Below, in pieces: positions 7,915 through 16,792 of a stretch of 38,257 nt of DNA; the first letter of the stretch is position 1, and every line of letters begins with the position of its first letter. Both the position numbers and the translations under genes were made by a program. The stretch covers positions 1 through 38,257 of the forward strand of contig CAMOCH010000002.1 in assembly GCA_946610655.1 (NCBI GenBank). Direction: 5' to 3'. The notes under the pieces are model-generated. The model ran no database searches. It was given only the letters and a program-made list of their open reading frames with translations, and had not been told where the DNA came from. The stretch is from an uncultured Clostridia bacterium. GTDB taxonomy: Bacteria > Bacillota > Clostridia > Christensenellales > UBA1242.

Positions 7915-10113
7915 TTAACTTAAACTTTGAGGATTAATTTCAACAAAACAAGATATTTTTTGATTTTTTAATTCATCTGCCAAATTATACAATTGTGAAA
8001 TAATCTCATCAGCCTTTTCAAGCCTTAATCTAACCATAATTTGATATCTATATTTATTTTGAATTCTGCCAACTGGTGACTTTGATGCACCAATATAAAT
8101 AAACTGATTATCAAACTTAGTTTGCAATTCTTTTACTTTATCATAATACAACTTTGTTGTATTTTTTGCAAGACTTTCATCTTCACTGGTAAAAAGAATT
8201 CTTATAATTTTTGCAAAAGGTGGAAAATTTGTTATTTCTCTTAAATTTGCTTCCTTTTTATAAAATGCCAAATAATCATACATGCTTGCAAGCCTATAGA
8301 CATAATGTCTTGGCACATAAGTTTGCAAAATAATGTTTCCTTGCAAATCAGCGCGCCCAGCTCTTCCTGCAACCTGTGTAATAAGCTGAAAAGTTCTCTC
8401 AGTTGCAGTGTAACTACTTTGATACAAACTTTGATCTGCATCAATAATTCCAACAAGAGTAACAGCTGGAAAATCATGACCTTTTGCTATCATTTGAGTT
8501 CCAACCAAAACTTGTGCCTCACCATTTCTAAACTTGCTTAGTATATTATAGTGTCCATTTTTTTGACTTGTTGTGTCATTATCCATTCTCAAAACTTTTA
8601 CATTTGGAAACAGATATTCAATTTCATTCACAACTTGCTGAGTTCCAACACTTCCAAGTTTTAAGTTTTTACTATGACATTCTGGGCACTCTGTAAACAC
8701 TTTATATCTTGCTGCACAAAAGTGACATTTAAGCACATTTTCATATTTGTGATAAACAAGATTACTATCACAATTTTGGCATTTAGCAACAAATCCACAT
8801 TCCTTGCACATCAAAAATGAGCTATATCCACGCCTGTTGATAAATATCATTGCTTGATTGCCACTTTCTATAGTTTTTTTAAGCGCATCTTCAAGAGCAA
8901 TACTAAAAATGCCGGTGTTTCCATGTCTTATCTCTTCACCCATATCAACAATGGTAAGAGGTGGCAAAGGTTTTTTGTTAACTCTTTCTTTCATTTCAAG
9001 AAGCTTATATTCATGTGTTATTGCTTTATGATACGCTTCCAAATCTGGAGTTGCAGAACCCAAAACTAAAGATGCTCCACATATTTTTGCTCTTTCTTCT
9101 GCCACTTCAATTGTGTGATATCTTGGGTGGCTATCGCTTGTGTAACTTCCATCATGTTCTTCATCAATAATAATTATTCCAAGGTTTTCAATAGGAGCAA
9201 AAATTGCCGATCTTGCACCCACAACAATTTTAACTTTTCCAAGAAGAATTCTTTTCCATTCATCAAATCTTTCTCCTGCAGAAAGCCCACTATGCATAAT
9301 TGCAACATCATCACCAAAACGTGACCTAAAGTTTGACAAAACTTGTGGTGTTAGTGATATTTCTGGCACAAGCATAATTCCGGTTTTGCCATCTTGAATA
9401 ACTTTTTTCATAAGTGCCATATAAACTTCGGTTTTTCCACTGCCAGTAACACCATGCAAAAGATAATTTCCTTGCCCAGCAGAAATTATGTCAACAACGT
9501 TTTGTTGAGTTTTCGTAAGAACAACATTATTTGTAATGTTTTCAAGATTTTTCAGTGGTTTTCTAAGTATTGGTTTTGAAACAATTTTAACAACTTCATT
9601 ATCTGAAAGTATTTTACTTATTCCTGCCCCAAACATATTGTTAAGTTCTGCAGAAACAGCGCTACCTTTTTCCAACAAATAAGTGATTGCTCCAATTTGT
9701 TTGTGAGCATTTTTTCTCAAATTTGATAAATATTCCTTTGCTTTTTCTTCATCAATAATGCAAATATTTTCAAACAAGTCCTTAACTTTGCCGGTTCTCA
9801 TTTCGCTTGGCAAAAAAAGCCTTATGCTGTCACACATTCCAATATTATATTTTTTCTTTAAAAAACTGGCTAACAAAAATTGGTCTTTTTTAATAACCGG
9901 AAAATTTTCAAGAGGTTTAATAATTTTTTTTATTTTTGATTTATCAAAGCTAGTATTTTCTGTTATTTCAATCAAGTATCCTTCTTTTGTTTGATTTCCA
10001 AATGGCACCAAAACACGACTACCAACCTCTATGTTTTCATCAAGTTCGTAGTCAAAAACTTTATCAATTATGCTGCTTGCAATATCAATAATAACTCTGC
10101 CAAATTTTGCCAT
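7915..10113 (-). CDS. priA: Primosomal replication-restart helicase PriA
   Basis: 732 aa with GVTGSGKTEVY (Walker A), DEEHD and the Cys-rich zinc module CKECGFVAKCQNCDSNL...CHFC...CPEC. Confidence 0.9.
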   Translation of the reverse strand: MAKFGRVIIDIASSIIDKVFDYELDENIEVGSRVLVPFGNQTKEGYLIEITENTSFDKSKIKKIIKPLENFPVIKKDQFLLASFLKKKYNIGMCDSIRLFLPSEMRTGKVKDLFENICIIDEEKAKEYLSNLRKNAHKQIGAITYLLEKGSAVSAELNNMFGAGISKILSDNEVVKIVSKPILRKPLKNLENITNNVVLTKTQQNVVDIISAGQGNYLLHGVTGSGKTEVYMALMKKVIQDGKTGIMLVPEISLTPQVLSNFRSRFGDDVAIMHSGLSAGERFDEWKRILLGKVKIVVGARSAIFAPIENLGIIIIDEEHDGSYTSDSHPRYHTIEVAEERAKICGASLVLGSATPDLEAYHKAITHEYKLLEMKERVNKKPLPPLTIVDMGEEIRHGNTGIFSIALEDALKKTIESGNQAMIFINRRGYSSFLMCKECGFVAKCQNCDSNLVYHKYENVLKCHFCAARYKVFTECPECHSKNLKLGSVGTQQVVNEIEYLFPNVKVLRMDNDTTSQKNGHYNILSKFRNGEAQVLVGTQMIAKGHDFPAVTLVGIIDADQSLYQSSYTATERTFQLITQVAGRAGRADLQGNIILQTYVPRHYVYRLASMYDYLAFYKKEANLREITNFPPFAKIIRILFTSEDESLAKNTTKLYYDKVKELQTKFDNQFIYIGASKSPVGRIQNKYRYQIMVRLRLEKADEIISQLYNLADELKNQKISCFVEINPQSLS

Positions 10114-10123
10114 TTTGCCTCAC

Positions 10124-10158
10124 TAAAAAAAGTTAGTATATACATTATATACTAACTT
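10124..10158 (-). terminator. Hairpin terminator between rpoZ and priA
   Basis: 11-bp stem AGTTAGTATAT / ATATACTAACT with a 5-nt loop. The A-run at 10125-10130 gives a T-run on the minus strand, ending about 11 nt before the priA ATG. Confidence 0.6.
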
Positions 10159-10183
10159 CAATAAAATTGTCTAATAAAATCAA

Positions 10184-10390
10184 TTACATTTCAACGTGTT
10201 TAACGTCGTAAACACCTTTATAGAACTCACGGCAAGCAAGTTCAATTGGTTTAATTTTTTGATTATCACGGAAAAAGTCTGGTTTTTCAATGACAAGTTC
10301 TTTTGCTCTTTTTGCAACAACTGTCACGAGTGCATATCTATTTCCTGCTTTTGTTATAATTTCTTCAATAGGTGGTTCAATCCAAGCCAT
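10184..10390 (-). CDS. rpoZ: DNA-directed RNA polymerase subunit omega
   Basis: 68 aa, NRYALVTVVAKRAKEL. RBS AAAGGAG. Located upstream of priA as in the Bacillus ylo cluster. Confidence 0.85.
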   Translation of the reverse strand: MAWIEPPIEEIITKAGNRYALVTVVAKRAKELVIEKPDFFRDNQKIKPIELACREFYKGVYDVKHVEM

Positions 10391-10414
10391 AATAATCTCC
10401 TTTAAACTGCATAT

Positions 10415-10443
10415 AGTATATCACTAAGCAGCCCAATAATCAA
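10415..10443 (-). promoter_or_regulatory. Candidate sigma-A promoter for rpoZ (TTGATT-17-TATACT)
   Basis: Minus strand reads TTGATTattgggctgcttagtgaTATACT, between the ligA stop and the rpoZ RBS. Confidence 0.45.
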
Positions 10444-10460
10444 GTGTTACAATAAAAATT

Positions 10461-12446
10461 TTATATAATTGCGTGGTTTTTTAAAATTTTAACAAACTCT
10501 TCTTCGTTTAAAATTTTAATGTTTAGTTCTTGTGCTTTAGTAAGTTTGCTTCCTGCATCTGTTCCTGCAATAACATAATCTGTGCTTTTTGAAACACTAG
10601 ACACAACATTTGCACCAAGTTTTTCCAAGTATGATGTTGCAACTGGCCTAGAAAAGTTTTCAAGCCCACCAGTTAACACCACTTTTTTGCCAAAGAACTC
10701 ACTTGTTTTTACTTCAACTGCTGAATTGTTTATCTTTAATCCAATATTAAGTAGTTCATTAATTTGGTTAACATTAAATTCATCAGCAAAATATTCAACA
10801 ATGTTTGTTGCAGAAATTTCTGCAATATCATCCATTTCAATAAGAGTGTTAATGTCTGCATGCATCAAAGCATCAAGAGTTCCAAACTGTCTAGCAAGCA
10901 TCTTTGCCATTTTTGCTCCAACACCATCAATGCCAAGTGCATAAATTAAGTTTGCAAACTCAACATTTTTGCTGGCACTTATGCCTTCCAAAATATTATC
11001 TGCTTTTTTGTCTTTAAAACCTTCAAGAGAAAGCAACTCATCTTTTGTAATTTTATAAATATCTGCAAAAGTTGTGATATTAAAGTTATCATGCAAAAGC
11101 TCAATTGTTTTAACGCTTAAGCCTTCAATATTCATTGTGTTTCTGCTTGCAAAATGTGTAAGTCTTGCAATAATTTGTCGTCTGCAACCCATGTGGTTTG
11201 TGCAGTATAAGTTTGCTATTGTTTCTCTAAGAGGAGCACCACATTCTGGGCAAATAGATGGCTTTTCAATCACTATGCTGTCATCATATGTTCTTGCAAC
11301 AGCCAAAATTTCAGGAATAACCTCGTTGCTACGTCTTATAAAAACATCGTCACCAAGTTTAACTTTTTTGCGCAAAATATCATTAAAGTTGTTGAGTGTT
11401 GCACGCTTTACAGTAACACCACAAAGGTCTGTTGGTTCTAATTCTGCAACAGGGGTTAGCTTTCCTGTTCTGCCAACTTGCCAAGTTATTGCAAGTAGTT
11501 TTGTGCTGGTTTCTTCGGCATCAAATTTATAAGCAATCATGCCCCTAGGAAATTTTGCAGTAAAACCCAGTTCTTCTTGAACTGCTTTGCTATTAATTTT
11601 AATAACAAGTCCATCAATCAAAAAATCCAAAACTTTACGCTTTTTGTCAATTTTATCAATAATTGATTTAATCTCTTGAATTGAATTAACAACTTCATAA
11701 AAATCTGCAACCAAGAATTTTTGCTCAATCAAAAATGAATGAATATCTTCTTGTTTTTCAAAAACTTTATTTTCAGAATAGTTTATGTTATATGCAAAAA
11801 AATCAAGGTTCCTGCTTGCTGTGATTTTTGGATCCAAATTTCTAAGAGCCCCTGCTGCAGCATTTCTGGCATTTTTTAGTTTTTCCTCGGAGTTATTATT
11901 AAACTTTTCAAGTTCACTAAGTTTCATAATAACTTCACCTTGAACAACAATTTTGCCCTTGTAATCAATGCTTAGTGGCAAAGACCTGATTGTTTTGGCC
12001 TGAAGTGTTACATCTTCGCCAATTTCTCCATTACCACGAGTCAATGCTTGAACAATTTTGCCATCTTCATATAAAACAGCAATAGGAAGACCATCAAACT
12101 TATACTCAACTGTGTAGTTTGTTTGATAATCTTGAATATTCAAATTTCTTTTTTGCCATTCTTCAATTTCTTCAAAAGATTGTGCTTTGTCTAAGCTGTA
12201 AAGTTTTGCAGTGTGCTTAACTTTGACAAATTTATCAAGTGCATCGCCACCAACTTTTTGTGAAGGACTATCACTTAAAACAACACCTGTTTCTTTTTCA
12301 AGTGCAAGCAGTTCATTATATAATTTATCCCATTGCTTGTCACTCATAATTGGATTATCGTAAACATAATATGCAACACTAGCTTCGTTGATTTTATCAC
12401 AAAGCTCTTGCATGTTTTTCAATTTTTCTTGATTAATTTTCTCCAT
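10461..12446 (-). CDS. ligA: NAD-dependent DNA ligase LigA
   Basis: 661 aa with the adenylation motif EYKFDG, zinc finger CPECGAPL...C..C, HhH region and a C-terminal BRCT (GKKVVLTGGL). Its start overlaps the pcrA stop by 1 nt. Confidence 0.95.
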   Translation of the reverse strand: MEKINQEKLKNMQELCDKINEASVAYYVYDNPIMSDKQWDKLYNELLALEKETGVVLSDSPSQKVGGDALDKFVKVKHTAKLYSLDKAQSFEEIEEWQKRNLNIQDYQTNYTVEYKFDGLPIAVLYEDGKIVQALTRGNGEIGEDVTLQAKTIRSLPLSIDYKGKIVVQGEVIMKLSELEKFNNNSEEKLKNARNAAAGALRNLDPKITASRNLDFFAYNINYSENKVFEKQEDIHSFLIEQKFLVADFYEVVNSIQEIKSIIDKIDKKRKVLDFLIDGLVIKINSKAVQEELGFTAKFPRGMIAYKFDAEETSTKLLAITWQVGRTGKLTPVAELEPTDLCGVTVKRATLNNFNDILRKKVKLGDDVFIRRSNEVIPEILAVARTYDDSIVIEKPSICPECGAPLRETIANLYCTNHMGCRRQIIARLTHFASRNTMNIEGLSVKTIELLHDNFNITTFADIYKITKDELLSLEGFKDKKADNILEGISASKNVEFANLIYALGIDGVGAKMAKMLARQFGTLDALMHADINTLIEMDDIAEISATNIVEYFADEFNVNQINELLNIGLKINNSAVEVKTSEFFGKKVVLTGGLENFSRPVATSYLEKLGANVVSSVSKSTDYVIAGTDAGSKLTKAQELNIKILNEEEFVKILKNHAII

Positions 12447-14686
12447 TAACCTATTATCTCCAATTTTGCATATTTTAGTGACAAAGTTTTTGAGCCAACA
12501 CTTTCAAAATTAACAGTAACAAAACCACCAGCAAAATCCGTTACACCAATGGTAACAACTCCAACCCCAAAATGAGGATGATTAACTTTTGTGCCAGGTC
12601 TATAATCTGCATAATTTATTTTTGGTTTTTCAGTCCCTTCAAGCATACTCATAGGTATTGTTGGTTTTTTCTTAACTTCGCCAGACACATTAACAACATT
12701 GATTTTGCTAGCTAAACTATAATCAACCTTAGCTCTTTCTGCATAATCAACACGTTCAATATCCTTAACGCTCAATTTTTCTGGTTCATCGGCAATCTCT
12801 GTTAAAAATCTTGATGGAACAGTGTATTCAATGGTTTTTTTACTAAAATCATAATGAGTTCTCGCCCTTGTTAAGTATAATCTTTCTTTCGCACGAGTTA
12901 TGGCAACATACATAAGTCTTCTTTCTTCTTCAAGTTCATTTGCATTAGGGCTGTTTATTGCTCTTGCAAGAGGAAAAAGTCCATCATTAAGCCCAATAAT
13001 AAACACACATTTAAATTCTAGCCCTTTTGCAGCATGAACAGTGATAACTGTTGCAAATTCATCACTTTCATTCATGCTATCAATATCTCTCATTAATGTA
13101 ATTCCCTGCAAATATTCTTCCAAATCTGCAGTTGTATTATCATCACAATATTCCTTTACACCTTCCAAAAAGTAGTCAACGTTAAGTTGTCTATTTTCAT
13201 CTTCTTCTGTTTTTTTGCCAATAGCTTCTTTTATGCCAACTTTTTCAATAACATAAGCCACAAGCTCATAAAGTGGATAAATTTCTTTTTTTGCAAAAAG
13301 ATCTTCAAACAAAATTCTAATTGGTTCAACTTTTTTTGCCATAACGCCTTGAGTTCTAGACTTATCCATAATTATGTCCATCAAATTGCAATCATTTGCT
13401 TTTGCAAGTTCAATCATGCTTTCTAATGTTGCATCACCAATACCTTTTTTAGGGAATCCTATCATTCTTATTGCAGCTTCGTCATCTTTTGGGTTTGACA
13501 AAAGTTTTAAGTATGCAATTGTATCTTTAATTTCTTTTCTTTCAAAGAATTTATGCCCACCATATACCTTGTATGGTATGTTATATGTAAGCAATTTCTC
13601 TTCAATAATTCGGCTGAGTGCGTTAACTCTCATAAGTATGGCAAAATCTTTATAACTATAGCCATTATATGTAACCAGGTTATTTATTGCATTTGCAACA
13701 TACTCTGCCTCTTCAATATCATTATAGCAAGTAAATTCTTCAACTCTTGCACCTTCTGGGTTTTCTGTCCATAAGTTTTTATCAAGTCGGTTTAAATTTC
13801 TTTTTATCAAGTGGTTTGCTTTTTCAAGAATTTTCTTGGTTGATCTATAGTTTTGTTCAAGTTTAAACACTGAAACAGGAGCAAAATCTCTTGTAAATGC
13901 CAAAACATTAGCACTTTCTGCTCCACGCCAAGAATATATACATTGGTCTTCATCACCAACAACAAACACATTTTTATATTTACTTGAAAGCACTCTAATA
14001 AGTTCATATTGAGCATAGTTTGTATCTTGAAATTCATCAACATGAATATATTTAAATCTCTGTTGATAAAGTTCGAGCACTGCTGGCTTTTCTTTAAAAA
14101 GTTTATATGTTTTGCTAAGCAAATCATCAAAATCTAATGAATTAGATTTTTTAAGTTCTTTTTCATACTCTTTATAGCAATCAATAATAACGTCTCTTTT
14201 ATAAGAGCGCTCCATGTGTTCTTCATACTCGTCTGGTTCCAACAGATGGTTTTTTGCATTGGATATATGGTAACCAATTGTTTCTGCATTAACACTTGTA
14301 TTCTTTGTTTCAAGAATTCTTTTAATAACTCTTTCTTTTTCAATATCCCCATAAATAGTAAAATTCCTATCGTATCCAATTTCTTCTGCATGACGGCGAA
14401 GTATTCTTGTGCACATGGCATGAAAGGTGCATATCCATGCATCTGAGCTAGAATCTACCATTCTTTCTATTCTTGATTTCATTTCGTCTGCAGCTTTGTT
14501 AGTGAAAGTTATTGCAAGAATATTATATGCAGGCACACCAACTTCATCAATTAAGTATGCAATATGGTGAGTAAGCATTCTTGTTTTTCCACTGCCAGCA
14601 CCTGCTGTTACCAAAACAGGTCCTTCTGTTACGCTTGCAGGTTTTCTTTGTTCATCGTTTAAATTGTCTAGTATTGAAAATGCCAT
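12446..14686 (-). CDS. pcrA: ATP-dependent DNA helicase PcrA (UvrD family)
   Basis: 746 aa with AGAGSGKTRMLTH, DEFQDTN and VHAAKGLEF motifs and a C-terminal Tudor-like tail. The pcrA-ligA order matches Bacillus. Confidence 0.92.
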   Translation of the reverse strand: MAFSILDNLNDEQRKPASVTEGPVLVTAGAGSGKTRMLTHHIAYLIDEVGVPAYNILAITFTNKAADEMKSRIERMVDSSSDAWICTFHAMCTRILRRHAEEIGYDRNFTIYGDIEKERVIKRILETKNTSVNAETIGYHISNAKNHLLEPDEYEEHMERSYKRDVIIDCYKEYEKELKKSNSLDFDDLLSKTYKLFKEKPAVLELYQQRFKYIHVDEFQDTNYAQYELIRVLSSKYKNVFVVGDEDQCIYSWRGAESANVLAFTRDFAPVSVFKLEQNYRSTKKILEKANHLIKRNLNRLDKNLWTENPEGARVEEFTCYNDIEEAEYVANAINNLVTYNGYSYKDFAILMRVNALSRIIEEKLLTYNIPYKVYGGHKFFERKEIKDTIAYLKLLSNPKDDEAAIRMIGFPKKGIGDATLESMIELAKANDCNLMDIIMDKSRTQGVMAKKVEPIRILFEDLFAKKEIYPLYELVAYVIEKVGIKEAIGKKTEEDENRQLNVDYFLEGVKEYCDDNTTADLEEYLQGITLMRDIDSMNESDEFATVITVHAAKGLEFKCVFIIGLNDGLFPLARAINSPNANELEEERRLMYVAITRAKERLYLTRARTHYDFSKKTIEYTVPSRFLTEIADEPEKLSVKDIERVDYAERAKVDYSLASKINVVNVSGEVKKKPTIPMSMLEGTEKPKINYADYRPGTKVNHPHFGVGVVTIGVTDFAGGFVTVNFESVGSKTLSLKYAKLEIIG

Positions 14687-14714
14687 TTTCTATCCTTAAA
14701 TAAATATTAAGTTT

Positions 14715-14742
14715 ATTATAACATAATGGCATTAATTTTCAA
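14715..14742 (-). promoter_or_regulatory. Candidate sigma-A promoter for pcrA-ligA (TTGAAA-16-TGtTATAAT)
   Basis: Minus strand reads TTGAAAattaatgccattaTGtTATAAT, directly downstream of the 114-aa ORF stop. Confidence 0.5.
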
Positions 14743-14749
14743 AACAATT

Positions 14750-15094
14750 TTAGTTTTGATTAATTAAATTATTGCTAATTATATAATCCTTAATGGTATT
14801 ATATTTTTTAATCAATTTCAAAATATATTTTTCTTTACTTTCGGCAGAAAGTGTTTCTAAATACTTTTTGCTCACCAATTGACTAATTGGGTTAATTATA
14901 ATCTCATCTTCAGATTTTTCCAACAATCTTTTTACTTTTGGAAAAAGTGGGTCATCTTCTATTGCTCTCATGTTAGCCACAAAAGTATATGACGTGTTTG
15001 CTGCAAGTGCCTGAGAATTTCCACTTGATATTTCTCCTGCCGTTTTTAGTCTTTCTTTTGCTTGTTTTGCAAGTGATTTTAAATTTGCATTCAT
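14750..15094 (-). CDS. Hypothetical protein (114 aa), apparently monocistronic
   Basis: ORF 14750..15163 trimmed to the ATG at 15094, preceded by GAGGAGAATAAAT. The sequence is MNANLKSLAKQAKERLK...EDDPLFPKVKRLL...NPISQLV...KEKYILKLIKKY. I recognise no family. It is bracketed by the rplS terminator and the pcrA promoter. Confidence 0.6.
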   Translation of the reverse strand: MNANLKSLAKQAKERLKTAGEISSGNSQALAANTSYTFVANMRAIEDDPLFPKVKRLLEKSEDEIIINPISQLVSKKYLETLSAESKEKYILKLIKKYNTIKDYIISNNLINQN

Positions 15095-15192
15095 ATTTAT
15101 TCTCCTCAAAAAAAGACTAGCACAAAATATCCCTTGAAAGTTATCAATCAAAATATTAGACAAAATACAACAAAATTAGTGCTTTTTCGACA

Positions 15193-15220
15193 TAAAAAAA
15201 AGCAGGACTTTTGCCCTGCA
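15193..15220 (-). terminator. Terminator after rplS
   Basis: GCAGG / CCTGC stem (minus strand TGCAGGGCAAAAGTCCTGC) followed by T8 on the minus strand. Confidence 0.55.
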
Positions 15221-15237
15221 ATTTATCTTAACAAAAA

Positions 15238-15600
15238 TTAATCTTTGTTTGTTTTAACAATTTTATCTTTAATTTTTGCACTCTTGCCACTGCGTTCACG
15301 AAGATAGTAAAGTTTTGCTCTTCTTACATCACCTTTACGAATGATATCGATATGATCGATTTTTGGTGAATGTAATGGGAATATTCTTTCTACTCCAATA
15401 CCATAAGACACTCTTCTTACTGTGAAAGTTTCTCTAAGGCCACCGTTGCGTTTTGCAATAACAATTCCTTCATATCCTTGAAGTCTTTCTTTGTTGCCTT
15501 CAACAACTTTAACCCAAACTTTAACAGTGTCACCAATGTCAAATGCTGGTAAATCAGTGCGCATACTTTCTTTTTCGATTGCATCAATAATATTTGCCAT
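15238..15600 (-). CDS. rplS: 50S ribosomal protein L19
   Basis: 120 aa, ...[21 protein letters not shown]... RBS AGGAGG. Confidence 0.95.
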   Translation of the reverse strand: MANIIDAIEKESMRTDLPAFDIGDTVKVWVKVVEGNKERLQGYEGIVIAKRNGGLRETFTVRRVSYGIGVERIFPLHSPKIDHIDIIRKGDVRRAKLYYLRERSGKSAKIKDKIVKTNKD

Positions 15601-15687
15601 ATTCTTGTTTCCTCCTAAAAATTTAGTATGTGGAGCGTTCTTGAAAAGCTAATAAAAATTGCTTACAGAGGACTCACTCTTTACACG
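15601..15687 (-). promoter_or_regulatory. Roughly 87-nt structured 5' leader of rplS (possible L19 autoregulatory leader)
   Basis: The leader reads ACAAAGCGUGUAAAGAGUGAGUCCUCUGUAAGCAAUUUUUAUUAGCUUUUCAAGAACGCUCC... Potential pairings are AGCGU/ACGCU enclosing AGAG/CUCU and AAGC/GCUU. An L19 leader RNA family is described for Bacillota. The fold was done by eye only. Confidence 0.35.
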
Positions 15688-15693
15688 CTTTGT

Positions 15694-15722
15694 AGTTTAT
15701 CATAGTTTTGATTATAAATCAA
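15694..15722 (-). promoter_or_regulatory. Candidate sigma-A promoter for rplS (TTGATT-17-TGaTAAACT)
   Basis: Minus strand reads TTGATTtataatcaaaactaTGaTAAACT. Confidence 0.45.
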
Positions 15723-15750
15723 GTGCTTTTTTAAAAAATAAATATTATTT

Positions 15751-16179
15751 TTAAAATGCATTTTCAATATGTTCAATTTTGCCATTTAAAACACTTACAA
15801 CGTCAAATTGAACATCGTAATTTTCTAAATTATGTTTTTTTATGTAGCTAATTGCAAATCTTTTAATATGTTGTTGTTTTGCCATAGTCACAGCCTCTTC
15901 TGGCAACCCAAATTCATCACTTTCCCTTGCTTTAACTTCAACAAAAACATAAGTATCACGTATGTTCTTTTTTAAATTTTCATATGCATCTTTTTGTAAA
16001 GTTCCTTCTTCAACCTGCTTTTTCAAATTTTTTACTGCAAGTTTGCTTGAAATTTTTGCAACAATATCAACTTCAGCACCAGCTAATTTTGAGTTTGTTT
16101 CAACAATCTCATAGCCAATGCTTTTTAAATATTTTTGAGCAAGAAATTCTCCCTCTTTCCACGTTTTAATGTTGTTCAT
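15751..16179 (-). CDS. YraN-family (UPF0102) endonuclease-like protein with an internal insertion
   Basis: 142 aa. The N-terminal GE.LA..YL...GYEI and AEVDIVA, plus VFVEVKAR...FG.PEEAV and FDVV, match the YraN pattern. It follows rnhB as in many Bacillota. Confidence 0.7.
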   Translation of the reverse strand: MNNIKTWKEGEFLAQKYLKSIGYEIVETNSKLAGAEVDIVAKISSKLAVKNLKKQVEEGTLQKDAYENLKKNIRDTYVFVEVKARESDEFGLPEEAVTMAKQQHIKRFAISYIKKHNLENYDVQFDVVSVLNGKIEHIENAF

Positions 16180-16792
16180 TTAAAAACCCCAAAAATGATT
16201 TTCTGTGAATATCTAAAACACCATATTTTTTAATTGCATCAATGTGTGCTTTTGTTCCATAACCCTTATGTTTTTCAAAACCATATTCTGGATATTTTTC
16301 AGCAAGCGAAATCATCAATCTATCCCTTGTAACCTTTGCAATTATGCTTGCTGCAGCAATATTATAACTAAGTGCATCACCATGAATTATTGGAAGTGTT
16401 GGCACCGTAACATCAAGACCTTTAACTGCATCAACCAAAACAATATCTGGCTTTATTTCCATGCTTTCAATAGCATTTTTCATACATAGTTTTGTTGCTT
16501 CAAGTATGTTAATTTCATCAATTGTCTTTTCATCAACAAACATAACTGAATAGCAAATTGCTTTTGCTATGATTTCATCATACAACTTTTCTCTTTTCTT
16601 TTCACTTATTTTTTTGCTGTCGTCAACACCTTCAATAATGTCATCAAGTGGCATAATAACGCACGCACAACAAACAGGACCAGCAAGAGGACCTCTGCCA
16701 ACTTCATCAATTCCAGCAATAAGATTGTAACCTTTTTGAGTTAAGTTGTTTTCATATTGTAAATTATCAATTTTTTCATTAGATTTCATCAA
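16166..16792 (-). CDS. rnhB: Ribonuclease HII
   Basis: 208 aa with GIDEVGRGPLAGPV and DDSKK motifs. Overlaps the rbgA stop and the yraN start. Confidence 0.9.
   Translation of the reverse strand: MMKSNEKIDNLQYENNLTQKGYNLIAGIDEVGRGPLAGPVCCACVIMPLDDIIEGVDDSKKISEKKREKLYDEIIAKAICYSVMFVDEKTIDEINILEATKLCMKNAIESMEIKPDIVLVDAVKGLDVTVPTLPIIHGDALSYNIAAASIIAKVTRDRLMISLAEKYPEYGFEKHKGYGTKAHIDAIKKYGVLDIHRKSFLGFLNEQH

Noticed and set aside
10388-10403. Identical 16-mer AAAGGAGATTATTATG at the starts of rpoZ and ylqC (also 19156-19171)
   Set aside because: Explained by two optimal RBS-plus-start contexts in AT-rich DNA. The identity does not extend further, so this is not a repeat or a mobile element end.
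11074-11532. 152-aa ORF antisense to ligA
   Set aside because: It lies entirely inside a well-supported, motif-rich ligA frame. It has no RBS, a low-complexity Ser/Leu/Ile-rich translation and no recognisable motif. This is a typical shadow ORF opposite a real gene.
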